Source of the DNA: Deltaproteobacteria bacterium
GTDB taxonomy: Bacteria; Myxococcota_A; Polyangia; JAAYKL01
Reading direction: 5' to 3'
Assembly (NCBI GenBank): GCA_029565915.1
Contig: JAKQNG010000197.1
Location: 12,759-76,758 of the forward strand
DNA length: 64,000 nucleotides
The notes under the pieces were generated by a model. The model was given only the letters and a program-made list of their open reading frames with translations. It was not told the origin of the DNA and searched no databases. Below are positions 56,999 to 64,000 of the stretch, piece after piece; the first letter of the stretch is position 1, and every line of letters begins with the position of its first letter. Both the position numbers and the translations under genes were made by a program.

Positions 56999-58582
56999 CT
57001 ATTTCCGCTTTTCCATGTGGGCGTCGTAACAGGACATGAAGTCGCGCACCGCCCGGCGGGGATCAATTTTCAGAAACCGGGCGAATTCCGCCACAAAGCC
57101 CCGCGTGTACACGGCGGCCGGCAGATCGTCGTACCGCTCGTCCTCGATGGCCTGGAGGTAGCGGATGGACACCTTGGCGCGGTTGGAGATGTCGAGGAGC
57201 TCCACGTTGTTTTCGCGCCGGACACGGGCGAGAAATGCGCCGTCGACAAAGTGATCGTCTGTCAGCATGACCTCGGGAAGGGACTCCTGCGTCGCCGCCA
57301 CCGTTCCCGCGATGGAACGCTGCCGGGCCGCTTCCGCGTCCTTGTCCCGATGAAAGCCGCCGGGAAACTGTTCCCGATCGTACCGCCGCCGCTCGAACCG
57401 ATCGAGCAGCCGTGCATGGGCCGTTTCCGCCTGCTTTGTAAAGTCGTCCTGCTCTTCCCGCGCACACGCACCCCGCAGAGAAATGCCCCCGGGGCCGAAC
57501 CACAGGCGGATTTGCCGGATGGCGCGGCGCACTTCCTCTTCGGAAGCGCCCGGATAGATTTCAAGCAGCTCATAGTAATTCTGGTCCTTTGTGGCCGGCG
57601 GCAGAGGCACCGGCGCCACGAGTTCCCGGAGCTCCAGGTTCATCAGGCGTCGGACCACCTGCTCCAGATCCTTACAGGCCCGGCTGCGGGCAAACTCGAT
57701 GAGCAGAGGACGCCCCCGCCGCTGCGCCAGCCAGACATTGTCGTCCCAGCCGATGGAACCCAGGAGGACCGGAATGAATCCGAGCCAGCGGGTTGCCGCA
57801 CTGACCATGGCCGCGCCGAGTTCATCGTCTTCCCGGATGCGGATCTGGTTCACCACCAGCAGAGGGTGAAACGTCCGGGACAGATCTGCCGCAATGCCGG
57901 CAGCGGGGTTCTCCAACTGCATCAGGCGTTCCACAATCCGGCGCGGTGTCAGCGGTTGGAAGCCGCGATTTGCATGGGCGAGAAGAGATCGGGCCGCGTC
58001 GTTTCCGGCAAGCTGTCCTTCGAGGAGGCAGGCCCATGCGGATGAAAGGAATCGCCATGTGCCCTCCACGGCGTCGGGCATGGGCATTGTCACGCAGACC
58101 CGGTAATCGGCAGCACAGAAGAGGTGAAGGGTGAAATCATCGAGGCGCATGGGCAGATCGACGATGACCACATCCGTCTCGACACTGCGGATGCCCCGCC
58201 ACAGCTGTTGCGCGCCGTCAGCGCCCCTCTCCGCGGCCAGGGCAATGAATCGGGTGTCCTGCAGCAGCTGGAGTCCGGCGATCCCGGTGGCCACCGCGGC
58301 CTTCGGAATATCGCAGAAATCCCCGTCAATGGAAAACGCCGTCGGCGCCGGCGGCTCACTGCCCAGCCAGGTATGCAGGCCGGGCGTATCCGGATCGGCG
58401 TCCACGAGGAGGACCTGCCGGCCGATCTGCGCCAGAAAGATACCGAGATTAACCGCTACCATGCTGGCGCCGACACCACCCCGGGCACCCCGGACGGCGA
58501 TGGTGCGTCGGGCCGGTCGCTGTGGCTCAGCCGAATGGGACAATGGCGCCTCCCCGGGGACGCGGGCATCCGCTCCCGTCAT
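56999..58582 (-). CDS. Degenerate ParA/MinD-fold (pseudo-ATPase?) – J-like domain (no HPD) – RodZ-type HTH fusion protein
   Basis: MinD/ParA fold with P-loop GARGGVGAS (both Walker-A lysines replaced), VLLVDADPD and TDVVIVDLP. Then NYYELLEIYPGASEEEVRRAIRQIRLWFGP (J-domain-like, with WFGP in place of HPD). The C-terminus is an HTH_25/RodZ-like helix-turn-helix. Start uncertain; the ORF extends to 58894. Confidence 0.55.
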   Translation of the reverse strand: MTGADARVPGEAPLSHSAEPQRPARRTIAVRGARGGVGASMVAVNLGIFLAQIGRQVLLVDADPDTPGLHTWLGSEPPAPTAFSIDGDFCDIPKAAVATGIAGLQLLQDTRFIALAAERGADGAQQLWRGIRSVETDVVIVDLPMRLDDFTLHLFCAADYRVCVTMPMPDAVEGTWRFLSSAWACLLEGQLAGNDAARSLLAHANRGFQPLTPRRIVERLMQLENPAAGIAADLSRTFHPLLVVNQIRIREDDELGAAMVSAATRWLGFIPVLLGSIGWDDNVWLAQRRGRPLLIEFARSRACKDLEQVVRRLMNLELRELVAPVPLPPATKDQNYYELLEIYPGASEEEVRRAIRQIRLWFGPGGISLRGACAREEQDDFTKQAETAHARLLDRFERRRYDREQFPGGFHRDKDAEAARQRSIAGTVAATQESLPEVMLTDDHFVDGAFLARVRRENNVELLDISNRAKVSIRYLQAIEDERYDDLPAAVYTRGFVAEFARFLKIDPRRAVRDFMSCYDAHMEKRK

Positions 58583-58667
58583 CGAAATTGACTGATTATC
58601 TAAACGAATTGAACTAGAATTCCAACCCCATAAGAGCCGGGGCAAACCGCCTCGACCGGAAAGACCG

Positions 58668-61607
58668 ATGACCGCAGAAGGCACCAATGTCGCACTGATC
58701 GCGGAGCTGCACGCCATCCTGAACGCATGGCGGTACCGCGCGATGATGCAGATCGCGTTATCCGGGGCAGGATGGATGGGCACCCTGTGCGTTGTCTTCC
58801 TTGCGCTATTTGTCTTCTCCATGGGTTGGTGGGGCGGCGGCGGGCTGGAGACAGCGGGATGGACGCTGTTTGCACTGCTCCTGTCGGCGGTCACACTGCT
58901 CCTCCTTCTGCTGCCCCTGTGGCAGGTGCGATCCCGTTTGCACCTGGCCCGGATGATCGGACGCCATCATCCCCAACAGCTCTCCCTTCTCGTCTCTGCC
59001 TGTGAGCTGGCCGCGGCGCCCCACAACAGCGCGTTTTCCAGCACCCTCATCGCGTGCCACCTGACGTGGACCATCCACTTCCTCAAATCGATTTCCGCCG
59101 ATGCTGTCTTTCCATCCCGCAGGATGATATCCGCCCTGTCTGCCCTCATCCTGAGCGGCCTCGGTACCTGGGCCTTCGCGGCCACCTTTCCGGACACCAT
59201 GGAGAGCGGATTCGAAACCCTCGTCAGTGAGCATCTGGTTCCTGCCGAAAGCGCGGAGGAAACGTCCGGCGATCCGATCATCGGCGATCTGAGCGCCAAG
59301 CTCCGGTACCCAGACTACCTGGCCCGGGACGAACGCGTATTCGAGTCTCTTTCCGGCGGCATCGAAGCGCCGGTCGGTACGCTGGTGGTACTGCAGGGGT
59401 CCTCCCTTGTGCCGGATGCCCTTGGCGGCGCCATCCGTCTGTCCAGCGGACAGACCTCCGAGCTGCTGCTGCTGCAGGATGGTCGGTTGACCGGCAGTTT
59501 CATCGTCGATGACATCGAATGGTTCGCCCTGTCGGTGTACGGGGCGGGCGGAACAGTCAACGGCCCTCGCCGATCGGTGACCGTGGAGCCGGACCAGAGC
59601 CCGTCCATCCGCTTGCTGTCCCCGACCGCCGAGCTGGAAGTGGAAGGCACCGGCGAGGTAGCCATTGAATTCGAGGCCAACGACGACCACGGCATCGGCC
59701 GCGTGGATCTGATCATCTCGGGCACCCCGGATCTCGAGATTCACCGGACCATCGCCCACGGCGCGGCGGATCTCACCCATCTGCGTTCGGGCTACCGGTG
59801 GCCGGCGGGCTCCCTGCAGCTCGATGATGTGTCCGATGTGGAACTCAGCCTGCGGGTCTACGATGACGACACCATCCGAGGGCCCAAATTCAGCACCTCG
59901 GAATCCGTGCGGGTCCAGGTGATGACCCCCGAAAACCGCCGCCGCGATTTGCTGGAGCGTCAGACAAAGATCCTCGATGGGCTGGTGGACCTGCTCGGTG
60001 AGCGACTGGAGCATCCGATACCCGCGGGCAGAGACGGGGACGACGCGGCAAGGGAACGGTTCATCCGCGTAAGAGGTCTCACCGAAGACCTGTTGAACAT
60101 GCTGGCCCGACTGACCTCCCGGTTGCCGGGCCATGATCCCGGGACGTCGGGTCTGCTGGACACCTATGATCGCATTCGACAGGACATCGCCAGCCAGCTG
60201 CTGTTCGAATCCCGCCACAATGAAATGCCCCTCGCTCCCTTCCGACGGCGGACAGATGCGGACAAGGTGACCGTTCGCCTGCTGGAACGGGCCATCTCCC
60301 AGGTGGACGGCATCATCCTGGATCAGCAGTTTTCCGGCCTCACCTCCGGTGGCGAACTGCTGGGGCTCCAGCAGGAGGAACTGCAGCGCCTGCTCCAGAT
60401 CTACGAAAAAGGTCGCTCGGAAACGTCGCGTCGGGGCATCCTCGCGGTGATCGAAAAAATGGAACGGGCGGCCGGTCGACTGGCCAATCTGGTCGCTAAG
60501 GTCCGCGGACAGGTCCCGGACGCACGGGTGGCGGCCGCAGGTTCCGACGCCGTGTCGCTGCAGGAAGAATTCCGCCGGTTGCGGGAATTACTGACCGCAG
60601 ACCGGGTGGACGAGGCAATGGCCCTTTCTTCGTCGCTGTCCCGAACCCTGCGGGAACTGATGACCTCGCTGGAAAGCGGACACCTGGCATTCCGCACGGA
60701 GCGGTTCGGCGAACAGGATGCCTTCATGCAGAACCTGCTCGAACGGATCTCGGCCATCGAGATTGACCAGCGGGAGCTGCGCCGCAACACCATCGGGCTG
60801 AGCCGGCAGTACAAGGAACGCCTGCTGGCGCTCATGAAGAGCGATATCGATCCCCTGGTAAAATCCCAGCTGCCGGTGGTACGGGACATGCGAACCCGTC
60901 TGGCATCTCTGCAGAAGAAGCGCGCCGGGAAAATCGACGCGGCAGACCTGCAGGAAATGGTCATCCGCATGGAATCGGTTCTGAAACAGGGCGACCTGGA
61001 TCAGACCCTGCAGGTCGCCGGGGAAATTGAACGGCGCCTGTCCGCGGCGGAGGCGTCTGAAGATGCGGATCACACATTGCGCAGCCTGCGTGGGGCGGCG
61101 GCGCAGATTGTCGAACGGATCAACCGGGCGTTTCCCGCACCGGCCCGGGTCTTCTCGGAATCGGATCGACGCCGACTGCGGAATCATGCGGGCTCCCAAC
61201 GGCACGTCGCGGGCCGGACGACGAAGCTGCGCGCCTGGATTGACGAACAGGAAAACCGGATGCAGTTTATTTCCGGCCGGGCAATGGGCGAGCTGGCGGA
61301 CGCCGCTGATGACATGCGAAAGGGCGCCTCCGCCCTGGAAGAACAGAACCTGGAAGAGGCGATCCGACGACAGACCGTGGCCCTGGACGCCCTTTCCGCC
61401 CTGCAACAGCACCTGCGCAGCGGAACGCGGCCGGTGCTGTTCGAATCCCGTCCGTCAGATGGGTCGCGACGGGTGGAAATTCCCACGGTGGAAGACTACG
61501 AAGTGCCCGGCGAGTTCCGGGAGGATATTCTGGAGGCCATGAAGGCCGGCGCGCCGGAGCACTACAAGGATGCCATCAAGAGGTATTATGAAACCCTCGT
61601 ACGCTGA
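58668..61607 (+). CDS. Large membrane protein: 4 N-terminal TMs plus a ~800-aa alpha-helical domain (DUF4175-like)
   Basis: Four N-terminal hydrophobic helices, a long predicted helical/coiled region, and a C-terminal motif VPGEFREDILEAMKAGAPEHYKDAIKRYYETL. I recall this from DUF4175-type proteins; not verified. Confidence 0.5.
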   Translation: MTAEGTNVALIAELHAILNAWRYRAMMQIALSGAGWMGTLCVVFLALFVFSMGWWGGGGLETAGWTLFALLLSAVTLLLLLLPLWQVRSRLHLARMIGRHHPQQLSLLVSACELAAAPHNSAFSSTLIACHLTWTIHFLKSISADAVFPSRRMISALSALILSGLGTWAFAATFPDTMESGFETLVSEHLVPAESAEETSGDPIIGDLSAKLRYPDYLARDERVFESLSGGIEAPVGTLVVLQGSSLVPDALGGAIRLSSGQTSELLLLQDGRLTGSFIVDDIEWFALSVYGAGGTVNGPRRSVTVEPDQSPSIRLLSPTAELEVEGTGEVAIEFEANDDHGIGRVDLIISGTPDLEIHRTIAHGAADLTHLRSGYRWPAGSLQLDDVSDVELSLRVYDDDTIRGPKFSTSESVRVQVMTPENRRRDLLERQTKILDGLVDLLGERLEHPIPAGRDGDDAARERFIRVRGLTEDLLNMLARLTSRLPGHDPGTSGLLDTYDRIRQDIASQLLFESRHNEMPLAPFRRRTDADKVTVRLLERAISQVDGIILDQQFSGLTSGGELLGLQQEELQRLLQIYEKGRSETSRRGILAVIEKMERAAGRLANLVAKVRGQVPDARVAAAGSDAVSLQEEFRRLRELLTADRVDEAMALSSSLSRTLRELMTSLESGHLAFRTERFGEQDAFMQNLLERISAIEIDQRELRRNTIGLSRQYKERLLALMKSDIDPLVKSQLPVVRDMRTRLASLQKKRAGKIDAADLQEMVIRMESVLKQGDLDQTLQVAGEIERRLSAAEASEDADHTLRSLRGAAAQIVERINRAFPAPARVFSESDRRRLRNHAGSQRHVAGRTTKLRAWIDEQENRMQFISGRAMGELADAADDMRKGASALEEQNLEEAIRRQTVALDALSALQQHLRSGTRPVLFESRPSDGSRRVEIPTVEDYEVPGEFREDILEAMKAGAPEHYKDAIKRYYETLVR

Positions 61608-63156
61608 TCGCCGCCTCCGGATGTTTGCAGTGGTGCTGGGGCTGGCCGCCGTCTGCCCACCAGCCGCGGCTGCGGAGGTCATCGCGGCGGAGCGATTGAT
61701 CGACGCCTATCGCCTGGAGGAAGCGGCCCGGCAGGTTCCCGGCGAGCGTGCAAAGACCGCTGCAGAGCTGTACGTACAGGGAAAATTCCTGTTCTTCTCC
61801 GGCGACTATGCCGGGGCGGAGCCGTTGCTCCTCCAGGCCATCGAACGCAACCGCACCGAGCTGGACTGGAAATACCTGCGGGAACAGGTCCGGATTTCTG
61901 CACAGATGACCGCCGCCATGGTGGAAACGCAATTCCCGGACGGGCGGATGGTGTTCTTTCACGAGGATGGACCGGATTCCCTGCTGGTGTCCTATGCCGC
62001 GGAAACCCTTCTGGCCCAGGGCCGCGCGTTGAAGGCGCTGCTGGGAGATGAGGTGCCGCAGATCCGCGTGTATATCGTGCCCACGGTGGAAAAGCTGTCA
62101 GACCTGTGCGGACTGCCGGTGGAACAGATCGAGGCCACCGGCACCGTGGCGGTGACCCGCTACAACCGCATCATGCTGCTCTCGCCCCGGGCCGTCCTCA
62201 ACGGATATCCCTGGCTCGACACCCTGGCCCACGAGCTGGTTCACATGAGCGTGTCTCGGGTTTCCATGAACGAAGCGCCCATCTGGCTCCACGAGGGCGT
62301 GGCAAAAATTCTGGAGTCCCGCTGGCGGGACGGCCTCTCCGGCAACATGCCCCCGGAATCCGCGTGGCTGCTGGACCGGGCCGCGCGGGAAGGTCGACTG
62401 CTGCCCCTGCGGAAGTTTCACCCCTCCGTGTCCTGGCTGCCCAGTCAGGAAGATGCGGCCCTCGCCTACGCCCAGGTGCAGAGTTTTCTCGCGTGGCTGG
62501 AGAACCGCTATTTGAACAACAATGGGCTCCGCCATCTGCTGGAGCGACTCGCCGGAGGGCGGACCGTGGAGGCGGTGCTGAAGGAGCTCACCGGGTACGA
62601 GATGAAAAAACTGTACCGCTGGTGGCAGGAGCAGCTGCGGGGCACGCGGCAGGCCCCTGCGGAGATGGTGCCCTTGATGAAACGCCGCTACCTGAAAGGG
62701 GAATCCGCACCTCACGGGCTGGCGGATGCGGCTCTGTCCGACGATGCCCGCCGCTACCTGCGAATCGGCGACCTGCTGCGCCTGCGCGGTCACACGGCGG
62801 CGGCGGTGGAGGAATACTCCCTCGCCATGCAGGGCGCCGAAGGCATGGTGCCGGACGTGTTCGACCGGTTGACGGGGGCTCTGCTGGAGCTGCAGCGCAA
62901 CGACGAAGCGCTTTCCATTCTGGAAAAGGCGCAGGCGTATTACCCCTGGCATTCACCGGTGTTTCTCCACCTGGCGCAGGTGTTCATCCGTCGCGGCGAT
63001 CGAACGCGGGCAGAGGCGCATCTGCGGCAGGTCATCGCCCTCAACCCGTTTCACCCCGACGTGCACTGTCTGCTGGCCGACGTGTACCGGGGTCACGACG
63101 AAAAGCGGGCGGCCATGGAAAAAGAACACTGCCTGCTGATCGGAAAGAAGAACTGA
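61588..63156 (+). CDS. Secreted Peptidase_MA-like zinc metalloprotease with C-terminal TPR repeats
   Basis: Signal peptide. HELVH...(19 aa)...WLHEGVAKIL matches an HExxH + downstream Glu (Peptidase_MA_2-like) arrangement. The C-terminal third is TPR-like. Overlaps the upstream gene end. Confidence 0.55.
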   Translation: MKPSYADRRLRMFAVVLGLAAVCPPAAAAEVIAAERLIDAYRLEEAARQVPGERAKTAAELYVQGKFLFFSGDYAGAEPLLLQAIERNRTELDWKYLREQVRISAQMTAAMVETQFPDGRMVFFHEDGPDSLLVSYAAETLLAQGRALKALLGDEVPQIRVYIVPTVEKLSDLCGLPVEQIEATGTVAVTRYNRIMLLSPRAVLNGYPWLDTLAHELVHMSVSRVSMNEAPIWLHEGVAKILESRWRDGLSGNMPPESAWLLDRAAREGRLLPLRKFHPSVSWLPSQEDAALAYAQVQSFLAWLENRYLNNNGLRHLLERLAGGRTVEAVLKELTGYEMKKLYRWWQEQLRGTRQAPAEMVPLMKRRYLKGESAPHGLADAALSDDARRYLRIGDLLRLRGHTAAAVEEYSLAMQGAEGMVPDVFDRLTGALLELQRNDEALSILEKAQAYYPWHSPVFLHLAQVFIRRGDRTRAEAHLRQVIALNPFHPDVHCLLADVYRGHDEKRAAMEKEHCLLIGKKN

Positions 63157-63253
63157 TAGATGGAAAACGATTCCTACCGACCGGATGTGGATGGACTGCG
63201 GGCTCTGGCGGTGGGTATTGAACAGAGGCGAAAAGAAACGTGGAAGTTCGTCG

Positions 63254-63292
63254 AAAAAAAAAGCCCCCAGGATCTGTACATCCTGAGGGCTT
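63254..63292 (-). terminator. Rho-independent terminator downstream of tRNA-Glu
   Basis: On the minus strand: GCCCTCAGGATGTACAGATCCTGGGGGC hairpin followed by T9. Confidence 0.6.
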
Positions 63293-63295
63293 GGG

Positions 63296-63367
63296 TGACC
63301 CCGACGGGACTCGAACCCGTGCCGCCGGCGTGAAAGGCCGGTGTCCTAACCGCTAGACGACGGGGCC
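63296..63367 (-). tRNA. tRNA-Glu (anticodon TTC); CCA not encoded
   Basis: Hand-folded cloverleaf GGCCCCGTCGTCTAGCGGTTAGGACACCGGCCTTTCACGCCGG...GGTTCGAGTCCCGTCGGGGTCA. Anticodon loop CTTTCAC. Confidence 0.8.
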
Positions 63368-63433
63368 GTCTTCAAAAACATGGGGACGCTGTAAAGAACG
63401 CCGGTTAGGAAGCGTATTTTCTCAACAACGCGG

Positions 63434-63506
63434 TGAGCCGTGAAGGATTCGAACCTTCGACCCACGGATTAAAAGTCCGTTGCTCTACCATCTGAGCTAA
63501 CGGCCC
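63434..63506 (-). tRNA. tRNA-Lys (anticodon TTT); CCA not encoded
   Basis: GGGCCGTTAGCTCAGATGGTAGAGCAACGGACTTTTAATCCGT...GGTTCGAATCCTTCACGGCTCA. Anticodon loop CTTTTAA. Confidence 0.8.
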
Positions 63507-63720
63507 ATGGTATGGAATCTGATTGTCAAAAACCCCGCCGTCGCGCGGCCCGGGCGGCGTTATTACCAATCCCGTCCCGTTTGTTCAAGCGAATTTTTGA
63601 AAAACGCCCTCACCGTCACAGCGCCCGCGGGCCGGTCCGGACGGGCACATTCCACTTGTCCGGCGCAGTCAAGGCGCATATGGTGAGACCCGTTTCAACC
63701 CACCGCCGGAGGCGATATCC

Positions 63721-64000
63721 ATGGACCTGAAACGAACGCCCTTTTACGACCGACTCGCTGCCCTGGGCGCAAAATTCGTGCCCTATGCCGGTTTCGAAAT
63801 GCCGGTCCGGTTCGGTGCCATCACCGACGAACACCTGGCCGTCCGACGAGCCGCCGGCCTCTTTGACGTGAGTCACATGAGTGAATTCTGGTTTGAAGGA
63901 CGGGAGGCGCTCACCGCCGTTAACCGCCTGGTAACCAATGACCTTCGCCGGGCAAAAGACGGCGACATGCAGTACTCGTGCATGTGCACACCGTCGGGTG
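63721..64000 (+). CDS. gcvT: Glycine cleavage system T protein (aminomethyltransferase), 5' portion; continues beyond the window
   Basis: MDLKRTPFYDRLAALGAKFVPYAGFEMPVRFGAITDEHLAVRRAAGLFDVSHMSEF is diagnostic of GcvT. Confidence 0.9.
   Translation, partial: MDLKRTPFYDRLAALGAKFVPYAGFEMPVRFGAITDEHLAVRRAAGLFDVSHMSEFWFEGREALTAVNRLVTNDLRRAKDGDMQYSCMCTPSG

Noticed and set aside
55799-58045. 748-aa + ORF
   Set aside because: Spans ExbD, ExbB and the ParA-like gene on the opposite strand. No domain signal.
58583-58894. N-terminal 104-aa extension of the ParA-like ORF
   Set aside because: Low-complexity S/P-rich sequence that overlaps the divergent gene start and the AT-rich promoter. The MinD-fold domain begins just after the M at 58582.
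62106-63221. 371-aa + ORF and 284-aa minus ORF
   Set aside because: Alternative frame or antisense of the peptidase-MA/TPR gene. Extreme R/G/A composition.
63560-63720. Possible glycine riboswitch upstream of gcvT
   Set aside because: Only a weak ACCGCCGGAGGCGA resemblance to the ACCGAAGGGGCAA core. No GGAGAG/CUCUGGAGAG elements, and at most ~100 nt are available between the tRNA promoter region and the gcvT RBS. Would need an Rfam/Infernal scan.
63512-63730. 72-aa basic ORF upstream of gcvT
   Set aside because: R/P-rich, and overlaps the tRNA-Lys promoter region and the gcvT start. No support.
1-64000. CRISPR arrays, transposases, integrases, toxin-antitoxin or known defence systems
   Set aside because: I looked for direct-repeat/spacer periodicity and for transposase or integrase motifs and found none. 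The only tandem repeats are in-frame coding SSRs.

Overview
This is a high-GC (~65%) bacterial chromosomal segment, Gram-negative by its Bam/LolA-like/ExbBD/porin content and with some myxobacteria-like traits (PilZ-family proteins, (Asp-Thr)n-linker secreted enzymes, an EF-G paralog). Genes are packed tightly on both strands, so many long antisense ORFs in the six-frame track are non-coding artefacts. Housekeeping core: rarA (5' partial), class II RNR nrdJ with two candidate NrdR boxes in its long leader, ftsE-ftsX, alaS, rpsT, holA, rplM-rpsI, queA-tgt, an RluA/TruC-like pseudouridine synthase, a gcvT fragment, and two tRNAs (Lys-TTT, Glu-TTC). Accessory content: a GH3 lipoprotein, two PL1 pectate lyases (one with a CBM-like domain and long (DT/DS)n linkers), a sulfatase-like lipoprotein, tandem HupE/UreJ proteins, a ClC channel with CBS pair, an Fe-S flavoprotein, an Smr protein, an L,D-transpeptidase, an orphan AmmeMemoRadiSam-type radical SAM enzyme, an orphan biotinyl-domain protein with a DegT aminotransferase, an ABC transporter split by yfgM-like/bamB, an MMPL/RND exporter, a ComEA-like protein, OsmC, EamA, and ExbB-ExbD. 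The most unusual loci are three. First, a ParA/MinD-fold protein with both Walker-A lysines substituted, fused to a J-like domain lacking HPD and a RodZ-type HTH; it sits upstream of ExbBD and is divergently paired with a ~980-aa multi-TM alpha-helical protein plus a peptidase-MA/TPR protein. Second, a PilZ-like N-domain protein with TolA-like 8-aa repeats, an acidic disordered region and a MinD-like C-terminal amphipathic tail. Third, a zinc-ribbon/TM protein with repeated RTMLG motifs. No CRISPR arrays, transposases, integrases or obvious defence systems were seen.
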